Shown: positions 28,068-41,760, numbered from the stretch's first letter. The stretch is DNA of 64,000 nucleotides from the human T2T-CHM13v2.0 reference genome, Homo sapiens (GCF_009914755.1 NC_060926.1), one strand, 5' to 3'. The notes: a model not told the origin generated them from the letters alone. Translations and numbers: made by a program.

Positions 28068-29311
28068 TTATTTGGGACAATAGCTTCTACCTATTGTGTT
28101 AGCTTAGGTCGAAGTTATAGAAAATAGCCTGCTAGCACCAGTGGGAAATAGTGACAAACACCTACTACAGGTGACTTTTAATGATAGGTCTCATTTATCT
28201 CTCAGGACCCTGCTTCTGAACTTACAAAGTTACTGTCTGACCCTGTTATATATAATTCATAATTTTTCTAATGTGGTAGGAGGCAGAAGACATGAAAAGT
28301 TGCAGTAAGTTTTAATAAAATAAAATCCAACATGACTGCAGAAATAGCCCAGGAAATCTGTTCCTCTGGAAAATTGGTGAACAATACTCAACTATATAGA
28401 CATATACTTCTCAAATCACAGCAATTGGCTTGTTATTTTGTGGCGACATTTATGGACACACAAAATGTATAATAAGTTTATCATGGAAATTTATTCATAA
28501 CAAAATCAGGACAACATTTAGCTGCAAAAAATACTATATGACATTCTTACAAAGATATTCTCATCAAATTTAACTGTGAGATATTTGCTTTGCCTAAAAT
28601 TGCATACATTCTGTACATTTGTCTGTAACCATAAATACATTAATTTGTAGCATGCTTTACTTTCTTCTTTGTTCAAATTGGTTTATTTATTAAGTTGTGG
28701 CAGAAGACAAGGGATACTCAGAATGCATAATTGGATGTGGTTTTCAGGGAAAATTTTCAATGAGAGAGAAAGGCAAGGAGACTTCTTTTCTGGAAAAGAA
28801 GTGACAAAAACTGCTAAATTTAGAATGGGAAAAAGCAAGCAAAACTCTGAGATTCTATATAGTGGGAAAGGGCAGATTACCTGTAACATTTATTTTCCAG
28901 AACTTTCTTTAGGAAGTTCAGGTTTTACATTGTCAAATTACTAGAGGTTCTAATATTGGAAGAAGTTCGGGAAAGATAAAAGTTATGGTTCTAGATTTTG
29001 CCATTGTTGAAATGTAATTTTATTATCTGCTTTATCAGAAGGTGTAAATATATCGAAAAAATCTTTAAGTCATCATAAGTCACATCTATGGCACTATAAC
29101 AATGATAATTTTAAGTATCATTAAGATACTTTTGTCAAATTTGTCAAAACAAATATGCCATATCCTGGTTGTTTTCAAAAATGCTAATTCATGTTTCTCT
29201 TTTCAAGTTGAATTCTGGTGGCTTATGTAAATCAAGGCTTCAACCTGGTTCTTAATTTGTCTGTGGTGAGGGAAAACTTATGAAATATGGTTCTATAAAA
29301 GACAGAGTGGC

Positions 29312-29610
29312 GGCCGGGCAGGGTGGCTCATGCCTGTAATCCCAGCACTTTGTGATCCACCGAAGCTGGTGGATCACAAAGTCAAGAGATCGAGACCAAC
29401 CTGGCCAACATGGTGAAACCCTGTATCTCCTAAAAATAAAAAAATTAGCTGTGTGTGGTGGCATGCGCCTGTAGTCCCAGCTACTCAAGAGGCTGAGGCA
29501 GGAGAATCACTTGAACCCAGGAGGCGGAAGTTGTAGTGAGCCAAGATCCCCCACTGCACTCCAGCCTGGCAACAGAGCGAGACTCCGTCAAAAAAAAAAA
29601 AAAAAAAAAA
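29312..29610 (+). mobile_element. AluSc
   Basis: gtcaagagatcgagacc diagnostic; TSD aaaagaca(g/t)agtggc at 29297-29311 and 29607-29621. Confidence 0.93.
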
Positions 29611-30169
29611 GACATAGTGGCAATGCCAAAGGTAGTAGATCACATGGGAGATTATTTACAATGGGTCACATAAACACTGGCTTCCAGGGTGGGAGACTGA
29701 TTTATTTCATTCGATTGAATTATGACCTTCTAAAGCTCTTTCTTCATCATGGTCAGTGAATAAACAGAATGTGTTATTGAATAAATTTAATAAGTATTTA
29801 TTGGTATTTAAAATACATTATTATTTTCAAAGATTTGGAATATAATAAAATGAATTCAATTACAAAACTTATTCAAATTTTTTTGAGATTATATAAGGCA
29901 TTTTAGTTATTGCAATATTTTATATATTATTAGATTATTATGGTGCCATATATATGATCTATGAAGACTTTTATGCAGTTATTAATTATTATTTGGTCAT
30001 AGATTAAATTATACAAACTTGACTGAATAGTTTTGATGAACACACATCTTGTCCATAGAGTGTTTATTCTGTGGTATTTTCCTCAAATAATCATTACCCA
30101 TTTATTATTGTGGGATATATATTCATAAAATAATTGTCAGATATTTCTCTAATCTCTGGATACAATAAA

Positions 30170-31080
30170 AATATTAAATTTTATGTACCCTAACAAACAA
30201 CACAATAAAAAATAAACTCCAGAAGATTTAAAGCATAGTAATAAATAAATAAAACATTACTTAAAGTAATAGAAGAAAATAATAGGGATACTACTTTGAT
30301 TAGCTTAGGTTGAAAGGGGACCTTCCAAGCAAAATATACAATAAAATATTAGAAGAGAGAAGACTGAGATATCAAACACTAAAATTATTTTTCATTTTAA
30401 GGGTAAAATACATTATAAATAAAAATGTAATGTATTTGCAACGTATATGAAAAGAATCAATAACCTTGTTATTCAATGTGCTTCTACAAAAAATAAAGAT
30501 CCAAGAGGCTGTGCACGGTGGCTCATGCTTATAATCTCAGCACTTTTGGAGGCCAAGGCAGAAGGATCACTTGAGCCTACGAGTTCAGGACAAGCCTGGG
30601 AAACAAAATGAGACCTCGTCTCTTCAAAAAAAAAAAAAATTAGCTGACATGGTGGCACATGCCTGTGCTGTCAGCTGTATGGGAGACTGAGGTGGGAGGA
30701 TTGCCTAAGCCCAGGAGGTCAAGGCTACAGTGAGCTGTGTTTGTGCCACTGTACTACAACTTGGGTGTCAATACAAGACCCTGTCTAAAGAAATAAATAA
30801 ATAAAAATAAAAAGAATATAATAGGATAATGGGTGAAGTCTATGAACAGATTCTTCATAGAAGAAATACAAAATTTCTAGAGGTGCATATAAAATCTGAT
30901 TATATTAACGATGATCATGAAAAAATTATAAGAAAAATAGGCTAAAAATTTTCATGTTCTAGAATAAAAATTTCTAGTGAGAGTAATAGTTTATGTGGCT
31001 GGTGGAACTGTAAATAGATACTAGTGTTTTGAAGGTCAATTTAACCATATCTAGCAAAGTATTAAAAGAAAGCTCCTTTC
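30170..31080 (+). mobile_element. Old L1M ORF2 3' remnant
   Basis: aaaataaactccaga, tagaagaaaataataggga, tatgaacagattcttcatagaagaaataca. Confidence 0.6.
30507..30813 (+). mobile_element. AluJ
   Basis: Diverged dimer; ggatcacttgagcc, aggtcaaggctacagtgagc. Confidence 0.92.
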
Positions 31081-31127
31081 TGTATATTCCTGCAGCTAAA
31101 AGCAATGACAGCTGCTGAAATCAGGGT

Positions 31128-31455
31128 TGCTGTGGGTTGAATGTGTCCTCTCCAAAACTGAAGCACTGCCGATGTGATAGTGTTAAGAAGTGGGGCCATT
31201 ACGAGGTGATTAGCCAATGAGGGTTACTCACTCCTTAACAGAACGAAGACTGTTATAAAAGAGGCTTCATGAGTCACTTGGCTTGCTTGGCCTTCCACCT
31301 TCCGCCACGTGGTGATACGGCAAGAAAGCTCTCAGCAAATGTTGGTGCCTTGATCTTAGGCTTTCCAGCCTCCAGAATTGTGAGAAATAAATGTATGCTC
31401 TTTATAAATTCCCCAGTCTTTGGTATTTTTTATAGCAGCACAAATAAGATAAGGG
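31128..31455 (+). mobile_element. MST (MSTD/C-like) MaLR solo LTR
   Basis: tgctgtgggttgaatgtgtcc start; ccagcctccagaattgtgagaaataaa; tatagcagcacaaa end. Confidence 0.8.
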
Positions 31456-31914
31456 TATTACAATATTTCCTTAAAAATGATGAAAAAAAAAAACCAAGAA
31501 GAAAAAACACACAAAACTATACCCACAGCAAAACACAAAAGCAGAATACACAAAGTTCAATATAACTGTAAGTAAAACAGTAGAAAGCACCAAATAACTT
31601 CAAGTGGTCTCTTAAGTACCTGTCTTACCACAAGCCCTTACTAACAAGAGAAGGCAGACAGACAAATAAAAATAAAATTAAAAAAAAAAGAAGAACCGGG
31701 AAGAGAGAAGAAGGGAACTAATGTAATGTTTAATCTAAAACCACTCTCAAAAGAAGCAAGACTGTCTTGAGGTTGAAAATATAAAAAGAATTGTTAAATT
31801 AGAGCATAGTCTACAGAAAGGACTTTGACACATTGATTTAAAGGGAAATTTTGAAATGCATAGCTTCTCTAGGAGAAAAGTGGGCAAAAAGAGAGATGAG
31901 GAATCCTTCGCCAA

Positions 31915-32885
31915 TTGGGAAACATTTCAGTCTGGGAACAAGGCAAGAATATCCACTATCTTTTCTAATGTTCAATATTGTCCTGTGGGTATTAGTCAAA
32001 ACAATTAGGTGAGAGAAATCAATAAGAGTATAAGAATAGGTAAAGAAGAAGTTAAACTTTCTATTTTCCAATAATGTGAAAACCAGAATCCTGGAAAACT
32101 CCAGATGATTAATGATAAAACAGACTCAGACAATAAAAGAAAATGCAATGACGTAGCAAGGTATAAAATTAACATACAAAAGTCCCATGACTTCATATAC
32201 ACAGTCAATAATTACTTAGTGAAAATGATGGTAAAGGAAAACCTCACTTACAATAGCAATACAAATATTAAAAACTTAGAAATTAACTTAAGAAGAATAG
32301 ACTAAAATTTAAAGATAGGGATCTTTAAAACATTCTAGAAAGATCCAAAGCTAGATTTGAACAAATGGAAAGATGTCTACTAGAACTATATGATTCAACA
32401 CTATAAAAATGCCACTTCTGCCAAATTTAATTTATACATTTAATTCCAAAGATAATGCTAACAAATTTTATTATGTATTTAGACAATTTGTTTTCCACAG
32501 GAAAAACAAGCCTGCAAGCAAAGCCGGAAAAAACATCCAAAAACAAAAACTTTGAAGGGAATTAGCCCAACCAGGCACTAAAACATACCATAAAGTCTCT
32601 ATAATTAAAAAGATGAGGTACAGGCGTATGGATAGAGAGGTAGAACAGTAGCATAGAACAAATCTAGATATGAACTTAAGAGTATATGGAAATTAAGTGT
32701 AGGATAAAGGTGGCTTCTCAAACCACTGTGAAAGATGGACTTTTTAGTTAATGGTGCTGGGACAATTAGAATTTAGAAAAAAAAATAGATCTATACCTTA
32801 TACCATCCAGAATAATAAACTCCAAATGTATCAAAAATCCAAATGCCAAAAAATAAAACATAAAATTTCTAGAAGATAAGCAGAC
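31915..32885 (+). mobile_element. Old L1M ORF2 remnant
   Basis: ctgggaacaaggcaagaatatccactatc; translation VARYKINIQKS...KNLEINL. Confidence 0.8.
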
Positions 32886-34289
32886 AATCTGTGGTTAAAG
32901 TTGCAATGAGTCTGAATTAAGGACAAATCATGTATTTATGGTCATTTAAGTCAGGCTTAAAAAAATGTTGCCTTGTAGCTTTATTTTTTAATCCAAAAGT
33001 TTAATAACTAAATAAAATGGGTATATATAGATATACATGTATATATAGATTGTATGTACTTATTAATATAAGTCAAGAGCAAATTATATATAGATTATAT
33101 ATGCATATATATAATATATACTTAATATAAGCCATATTTTAATGATTATATTTACTTATTAATATAAGTCATATAGACACATATAAGTAATTTGCTGTTG
33201 ACTTATATTAAGCTTGGCGACATTCTGAATTTTTAAAAATGGTCATCAGTTTTCACTGTTTATGAATTTTGCATAGTAAAAGTAAACTTAAACAGCCTAG
33301 TTCTTTTACAAAGAAATAAACAACAGAAAATATAACTAAAGTCATACCTACATGAATGGGTTTAGCGATCTTTGAAAGCAGATTGAACAGAATTGCTGAC
33401 TGCTCTAGGTGCAAAGTTCTAGATTAGCTATGCAAAGATGTAAGATACATATATTTCCTACTTTCAAATAGTTTACAATATAAAGAAGTCAATGGGACCC
33501 CAAAAACCACCAGCCTGCATTCACAATAATTTGTTAATTTTGTTAAGATAAACTACTCATAGAATGAACCAGAGAAATGATTTCCTGAGTTTGTGAAATA
33601 CTGAACTTGAGAATACATCTTTGTGTTATCACTAATCTTCTTTCTAATGCTATACTGAATTATTGCCTTTTGAAGAACTTTACATTCATATTTTCATCTC
33701 TTTGCAAAAAAATTCTAAAGGTGCATAATATTATAAAGTCAAATTTGCTAGCTTCAAATTTTGGATCAGCTTGGTTAAAATGATAAAGGAATAAAAAATT
33801 ATAAATCTATTTGTTGAGAGATAGCATTAAAGAGGAAACCTGATAACATAGGCAATTTATACTTTAATTGTTCCTCCCTGTAAGATGAGGAAGAGAAGTC
33901 TAAAGAAAAAAGATACTTTCTGGTAATCACAGGGTAACAATGATCAAACACTTCTTTTGGAGACTGTCAAGGTGCAGCAAAGGTGCTAATTTGAGAATAA
34001 AACATATGTACAGTACTTGGTTTCTGGTTACCATTATTTTGGTGCCACTCATTGTATCGAGTTTTCAAATATGTTTTTATTTACTATCCCAAGAATGTAA
34101 TCTTAATCCAGAAAAATTAACCAAAAAATTGTACAACATGTTTTTATAATAGTGAGTTATTATTTATTTAAGTGAAAAAGTACTTAAAGGAAATTGAATT
34201 TAGTTACTTTAGCAGTAAATGAGTAAACAAGACTTTTGTTACTTGATTCATTAACATACATATGGAGGCAGATACACATAAATACACAT

Positions 34290-34560
34290 AACGATTATGG
34301 AGGCAGAGAAATCTCACATTATCTCCTCTACGAGATGTAGAAACAGGAAAGCCAGTCAGGTAATTCAGTTTGAATTCAAAGGCCTGAAAACTACAGGAGT
34401 CAATGATACAACTTCCAAGGTCAAAGGCCTGAGAATGGGATTTCGCTGGTGTATGTCCCAGAATAAATAGGCTGGAGAACCAGGAGATCCAAGGTTTAAG
34501 AAAAGGTGAAGATGGAGGTCTCTGCTCGAGGTTGGGGGGGCGGCGGGGGTGTGGTGGGTG

Positions 34561-34602
<42 letters not shown>

Positions 34603-34791
34603 TTGAGAGAGAATTCACCCTTCATCGATCTTTTTGTTCTATTTGGGCCAGTAGATTGGATGATACCCAACAACATTGGTCAGGGTGGATCTTCTTTACT
34701 CAGTCCACTGATTGAAATGCTTATTTAAATTTACTAGATATCTGAGCATTCCTTAGCCCAGTCAAGTTCACATATAAAATTAATCATCACA
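34290..34791 (-). mobile_element. MLT2C-like (ERVL) LTR with internal G-rich and (GA)n tract
   Basis: Terminus cccagtcaagttcacatataaaattaatcatcaca; gattggatgatacccaac; attatggaggcagagaa. Confidence 0.82.
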
Positions 34792-34799
34792 TATATACA

Positions 34800-36070
34800 C
34801 ACTTTATTACAATCTGCTGGTGTTGATACTTTATCAGTTTAAGTATAATAATCTCACCTCCCTTTATTTAAATTCCTTTACCTTCCCTCAAGTATTATAT
34901 ACTTACATATTTCCTCTATGAACATTGAGAGCCACATCTGGCAATGTATTTTCTGCTTCAGTTCTCAAACATATTTTAGAAAACTCGAGAAAAGAAAAGC
35001 CTATTTATTTAACTATGTCTTTGTGCTTTTCATTGTTCTTTCTACTTTTCTGATATGCCAAGATTTTTTTAAATCATTTCCTTTTGGTTTCAAACTTAAT
35101 TTTTGTTATTCTTTTAGAAGTTACAAATTATCTTAGTTTTTCTTCATCTGAGAACGTCTTTATTTCTCCTTCATTTCTGATAATGAATTTTGCCAGATTA
35201 GAACTATTGTTTGACATTTATTTTGTTTTAGCACTTGAAAAATGTGCAATTTTCTTCTGGCCTCCATTGTAATGATGAGAATCCATTGTCATTTAAATTG
35301 TTTTTCCCTTATAGTTAAATTGTCATTTTTTTCTTTCTCATCACTTTCAAGATTTTCTCTTTGCTTTTAGTTCAGAAGTTTAATCATGACCTGTCTTGGA
35401 ATAAATTTCTTTGGGTTATCATGTATGGAATCCTCTCAGCTTCTTGAATCTTCTTGGTTTATGTCTTTTTTTTTTTTTAACAAACTGGAACTTTTTCAGG
35501 CTTTTTGAAAAAAGTAATTTATCAGTCCCATGTTCTGTCTTTTCTCTTCCAGTGAGTCGAATGACAAAAATGTTAGACCTTTTGTTGTAGTTTCACAGGC
35601 CCTTGAATTTCTGCTCTTTTTAAATGTCTATCTTTTCTTTTGAAATGTCTATCTTTGTGAGTGATATTAGGTAATCTCTCTTGTTCTGTTTCTAATCCAA
35701 TGATTCTTTCTTCTGTCCTCTCCATTCTATTGTCGGTTCTCAGCCACTGGGGTTTTCTATTACATTTATCACCTTTTTCAATTCTTACATTTCCATTTTT
35801 TTTTTTTTTTAGTATTTTTGGTTTCTTTGCTAAAACCTTCTATTTTAAAATGTATTTCAAGCATATTTATAATTGCTTATTTGTGACTTTTATAATGTGG
35901 CTTTAAAATTCTTGCCAGATAATTCCAATATTAGTGTATTCTCATTATTGACATTTGTTGATTGTATTTTCTCATTCAAGTTGAGATTTTTCTGAGTTTT
36001 TGTTAAGATGAGCAATTTTTGAAAATCCTAGTTGTTTTTGGTATTATATTAGGAAACTGTAAATGTTATT
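34800..36070 (-). mobile_element. Old L1M fragment
   Basis: T-rich antisense L1 motifs (ttttcttcatctgagaacgtctttatttctccttc, ctcagcttcttgaatc). Confidence 0.65.
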
Positions 36071-36077
36071 TAAAGAA

Positions 36078-36852
36078 CAATCAAATGAAAAAAAGTTCAA
36101 CATCACTGATCTTTACAGAAATGCAAATAAAAACTACGAGATATCATCTCACACCAGTCAGAATGGCTGTTAGTCAAAAGTCAAAAAATAATGGATGCTG
36201 GCAAGGTTGTGGAGAAAAAGGAGTGCTTACACACTGTTGGTTGGAGTGTAAATTAGTTCAGCCATTATGAAAGACAGTGTGGTGATTTCTCAAAGAACTG
36301 AAGATAGAAATACAATTCAAGCCAGAAATCCCATTACAGGGTATATGCCCAAAGGAATATAAATTGTTCTGTTATAAAGACCATATGCAAACATATGTTC
36401 ATTTCAGCACTATTCACAATAGCAAAGAAATGGAATCAACCTAAATTCCCATCAATGGTAGACTGGATAAAGAAAATGTGATATCTATACACCATGGAAC
36501 ACTATGCAGCCATAAAAAAAGAATGATTTCATTTTCTTTGCAAGGACATGATTGGAGCTGGAGGCCATTATCCTTAGCAAACTAATGCATGAACAGAAAA
36601 CCAAAACCTGCATGATTACACTTATAAGTGGGAACTAAATGATGAGAACACATGGACTCATAGAGGAAAACAACATCTGGGGCCTATCAGATGGTGGATG
36701 GCGGGAGGAGGAAAAGCTCAGGAAAAGTAACTAGTAGGTACCAGGCTTAATACCTGGGTGATGAAATCGTCTGTACAACAAACCCTCATGACACAAGTTT
36801 ACCTAAATAGCAAAACTGCACATGTACCCCTGAAGTTAAAAAAAAAATTAAA
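36078..36852 (+). mobile_element. 5'-truncated L1PA (PA11-13-like) 3' end
   Basis: [17 protein letters not shown]...[11 protein letters not shown]; 3' UTR ctgtacaacaaaccctcatgacacaagtttacc; A tail. Confidence 0.92.
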
Positions 36853-38554
36853 GCAAAAAGCCTTCATACATGAAAAAAATACATTTTAACTGGCCTCCTT
36901 AGGCACTGAATTATACTATTATTTAGTTTGCTTTGATTCATTTAGTAATTGATGTGCATATCTCTGCGTGTGATTGTGCATTGTGTGTGTTGCTTTTGAA
37001 GTTTCATCAAAGACAAATCAGAGCTCTTTTTTCCTCTGTAAATTCTGATATATTGTCTTTTACACAGATTGTATATTAATGTGTGTTGTTGAAAAACTGA
37101 CTGTTGAAAGCCAGCTGCAAGAATTCAACCCAGAAAATGTATTATTCTGTGAGAGAGAAAATGCTTACTGTGTGTCATCCAGCAAGTCCTTTTGCCTTTC
37201 TAAAGCTCATCTCTCATGTAGCATTGTGAGCACTTTCAAAGGCACATGAAGATATATTGATTTTGAGTACCATTTTTGTGCATTTGTAATATGGTCTTCC
37301 TCCTTTTCTTGTTCTTGTTCTTTACCATATTATTTTTATTTTCATTCTTATTATATGGCCTTAAAATATTCTTTTTAATATTTGAGGAGATAATGTTACT
37401 CTATGTTTTCATGAATCACTACCCTTGATATTTGACATTTATGTTTGTAAGTCAACAGTTTTCTGACTGTGAATTAGCCAGTTTCTCATTTTAATAGCAG
37501 TTGTGCTCTGACAACGTTGATTTGGCACTGGAAAGTTGTGAACAACCAGTTCATAAGAGAGTAATCTAAGAGGAACATGTGTGTCAGGTTATTATTTTAA
37601 TTAGTTCTCATGAGCTGAGTTCCCTGAATAACATATTGCCAAAATATTTCTCCTCTTCTTAGCAGTGATTGAGACAGGTGGATGACTGTTATACCAGAGT
37701 TGATAGAGCAGAAGCAACATTTAAGAAGTATTTTCAAAGTGTCATTTGTTAAAGGCTTGGACACAGGCTAATTTGCCCTCAAGTAAAATTTAAAATTTGC
37801 CCTCAAGTAAAGTTCAAAGTGAGTAAAAAATAACTATGAACATGCACAATATATAAACATATGTAGCTATATAAACATATATTGTTATCATTATGAGAAA
37901 ACTTGGACCATGTGTCTAATAATGAAATAAGTAGTCTGAAAGAAACCCACAATTTTATACAATAGAACAAGCATGAATTTCTCTGGGTTATCCAAAGAAT
38001 TTAAGCTGAGAAAATAAAAAAATGGAATTTTGATGTATTCAGAAATGAAAAAATTATGGAAATTGGAGTTAGTTAATCTGTACATATTAGCATTATCTTA
38101 GAGGATTTTATAATAAGCAAGAAGATGAATGATAAATGTGCTAATTTTTCACAATATGAATATTAATTGTATGCCAGTTGATATTTTAGCACTAGCTTTT
38201 GTCATCTACAGGTTCAGACTTAACATCAGAGAGAATACTTTCTAATTAGTTGTTTGCTTGTGACTAAAGGTTATCTTCTTTATTCATCTCGGGAGGTACT
38301 GAGACTTAGGCAATTTTGTAACTTTATTTGCTCATGTTACAGCTCTTTCCAAAGTTATCACGTAAGTTTTCTCACTGCTATTTTCCATTTCTTTTGCAAC
38401 CTTGATATTCAAAACACAATGTGCATTTTAGTGGATGCTTAAAAAACGGATAAACAAATATAACCGAGTAAGCTTTACTTCCTACACAATTTGAGAATAT
38501 TCCACAACCTATATACCATGAATACCACACCCTCCATTTAAATATATTTGTGGT

Positions 38555-38690
38555 GTGCTTGTCCACACATATGTGCATGTATATATACAGGTACACACAT
38601 GCACGTGCAGTATAAGTATATACATGCACATATATACTCATACATATATGTGCATATACATACATATATGTATACACAAACCTACACATA
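38555..38690. repeat. (TA/CA/TG) low-complexity tract
   Basis: Directly visible. Confidence 0.85.
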
Positions 38691-40239
38691 TTTTCCCCCC
38701 CAAAAAGGCCCAATTTACTGAAACTATAGAAGTTAGGTATGGTATTATGCATTAACATGTGCATTTATCAAGCTGAAATTCTTTGAAATGACTCTCAAAA
38801 ATGCAAAAATGTCTTCCCAAAGAAATATTATTTTCCTGAAATGTAAAACAAGGAAAAATGTCTTTTTCGGAAACTTTTGGTGGTGGTGGTGGTGGCATCT
38901 AACTGTAGAGTTACTGTCTGTATGAGGAGGTAGTCAGATGGCAGAGGAGTTCTGGAATTAAACATGTGTTCAGTAGTTGAAGTGAAAGAACATGGTCAGA
39001 AAATAACAAAGCTATTATCTTGACTCTTCACAATTTCAAGCAAAGAAAGCAAGTGAGACTTGAATATCTGGGCCCCAGAGGCCACTATAATCATAAATAA
39101 CTCTCATGAATGTCACAAACTGAGAGTTCTCAGAACCAACCTGCCTTTTGTTATTAGTCATATTTTTTTGTGTGTTGATGGCTCTCTTTAGGAAAATACC
39201 TCTTATTAGTAATACAAATAAAAGAAAAGCAAAGAAGGATGGAAAAGGGAGGAGAGGAGCTCACTGGAGTCAAACTTATATTTAGAAAGTAATCTTCTAT
39301 TCAAACCATCTGAGCAGAAACATACCATGGAGAAATTTAATAATGTTAACCCATTAAACTTTATGAAAACCTGTGCTACAAAATGGAGCACTATGCAGAG
39401 AAACTAATGATCCGAAGCTGCAATTAGCTGGGCAGCATTGAAGGCATATATAATCCAGGCACTTTAAACATGAAAACTTGAAGCAACGTGGAGACAATTC
39501 AGAATGGAAGGCCATTCTCCATATCATTTCAGCTATTAACATGCGTGCTTACTGAGCACTTGCTGTGTGGCAAGTTTGCCCTTGAGTACTATGTGGAAAC
39601 ACACATATGGGTAAATCTTGTAGGTGGAAACCATATCTTTGTATCTCTTTGTCTAAAACATCCAGCATATTGCAGGCCTCATAATTCATTCTCAAAAGCT
39701 GTTTGTTAAATTCAGTTAAAATGGAAAGTAGAGTTACTGTCTGTATGAACAGGTCGTCAGATGGCAGAACAAAGCATAACTATATGTAAGAAGTAGCAAA
39801 CAAGGTAAGTGCTGAGAAACGGTGAAGGCAGTAAGTGCCAAGGTAATAATCATCTGGATGTGAAAGTGAGGAAAGAAAACAACTCAGACCGTGGGTATTG
39901 CAAGAACAAATGTTAAGAAGAAAGAATGTGTGGCATGTACTTAACAGATAGTTCAGGGGATCAGCTGGGATAGTTGGTTGGTGGTGGTAAGAAACAGCAG
40001 ACATAATTAGACAAATGCAGTGGGACCAGATTGGAAATTTTGGATTTTATCTTTTAGAAAAACTGCTAGCATTTAAATTTTGAAAAATATAATGGTTGGA
40101 TTGAAGCATAAAAGAATATTAGAGGCAGAGTCAGCAAATAGCTTGCTTCAGTATTTAGCGTGAGCTGATTCAATAGCTTGGTCTACTAAAAGGGTACCTA
40201 TATAAGGACCTAACTTAAAATGTCTTTAGAGGAAAGAGT

Positions 40240-40430
40240 ATGAACTTTGGAGAAAGATAGACATGGTGTTAAATCCTGGCTCTGCTGCTTTCTGGCAGTC
40301 AGGCTTGGGAAAATAATTTAATATTTTTGAACCTTAGTTTTTTCATCTGTAAATGAGCATAAAACTCCTATCTTTTAGGATGTCTAATAATACAAAACAG
40401 AATAGATGCTCAATAAGTTTCAATTATATT
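40240..40430 (+). mobile_element. MIR
   Basis: aaatcctggctctgctgct...ccttagtttttcatctgtaaatg. Confidence 0.7.
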
Positions 40431-40944
40431 CCTTTCATGTGACCCATAAATCCCAGCTCTTTCTGTAGCCCAGGTAATTTGATCTTTACCAAATTAACAC
40501 TGAGAGCTCTGAAATTAACCCTGCATCTAAGGATAATTAAGGAGAGTTAGTATAGTATCCAAAATGCCTCAGAACCTTCTCTTTCTCTTTTTTCTTTTCT
40601 TCTTTTGTCTCTGTATGTGTGTCTTTTTCTCCATTCTTCTCTCTTAGCAACACATACCTCCTACCCTCATTATTCATGAATACCACTAAAACCATTTGCA
40701 TTTGTGAGAAGGAAAGCCTTCACAGATAGGTTATCATTACCTTTGTTTCTCACCCCAAGGCAATAGAAACTGATTACTAGATCTTTTTGTGGAGAACATA
40801 ACTTTCTCCTCCAACTTTTTCACCCCAATCAGAGGAGCATACTTTCTGTTTACCTTTTTCCCCTCAAGCAATTCAACTGCTTTGCAGTAAGGAGAAGCTT
40901 GATTTGCATACAGAAAACAATGATACTTTCTGTCTCAAAGTAAA

Positions 40945-41760
40945 AAGTAGCATGGTTTGGTAGAAAGAGCACAAGATTTGGACAGTCTGGAGTTCAAAAT
41001 TTTGTTTTGCTACTTATACACCAGATGTGAAACCTTAACTTTGCTGTTTTGAGTACTGTTTTTTTTTCCACTAAAAATGGGAAAATCGTAAATTCTGCAT
41101 TGCAGAGTTGTTGAATTAAGTGAGATATCTTATGTAAACCTCTTGTATCAGTAACATAGCAATCTAAATTGGCCCGACTTAATTTCTGGAATTAAACTAC
41201 CTCTGTTTGAGATACAATCAGCTTTCTGCATCCATAGGTTCCACATTTGTGGAATCACATTCATGGATGCACAACCATAGAACAAAGATAGTCAGAAAAA
41301 TAAAAGGATGATTGTTTTGGTACTGAACATGTACAGAGTTTTTCTTGTCATTATTATGTAAACAATACGGTACAAGAAATATATGCATAGCATTTATGCT
41401 ATATTAGGTATTATAAGTAATTTAGAGATGATTTAAAGTATACAGGAGGATGTGGGTAGGTTATATACAAATCCATTTTATATCAGAGACTTAAGCATCT
41501 GTAGATTTTGGTGTCCATGGGGAATCCTAGCAGCATTCCCCCATGAATACTGAGGGATAACTATTAACTCCCCCACTTACTAGCCGTAAGTCCTTTAGAC
41601 AACTTATTTATCCTCTTTCTCATCTATAGAATGTGCATAATAATGGAACCTACCTCTTTAAATGTTTGTTGTTATTAAGCAAACTAACGTGATAAAGAGC
41701 TTGTAAGTGTGTGTTCTGAAACATTTACTGAGTAAGCCCTCAATAAATATTAGCTCTTGT
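40945..41760 (+). mobile_element. MIR fragments, one split by MER2
   Basis: gtagcatggtttggtagaaagagcac; ccacttactagccgt...catctatagaatg...caataaatattagct. Confidence 0.6.
41215..41563 (-). mobile_element. MER2, near full length
   Basis: attaggtattataagtaatttagagatgatttaaagtatacaggaggatgtg...cccccatgaatactgagggataact. Confidence 0.88.
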
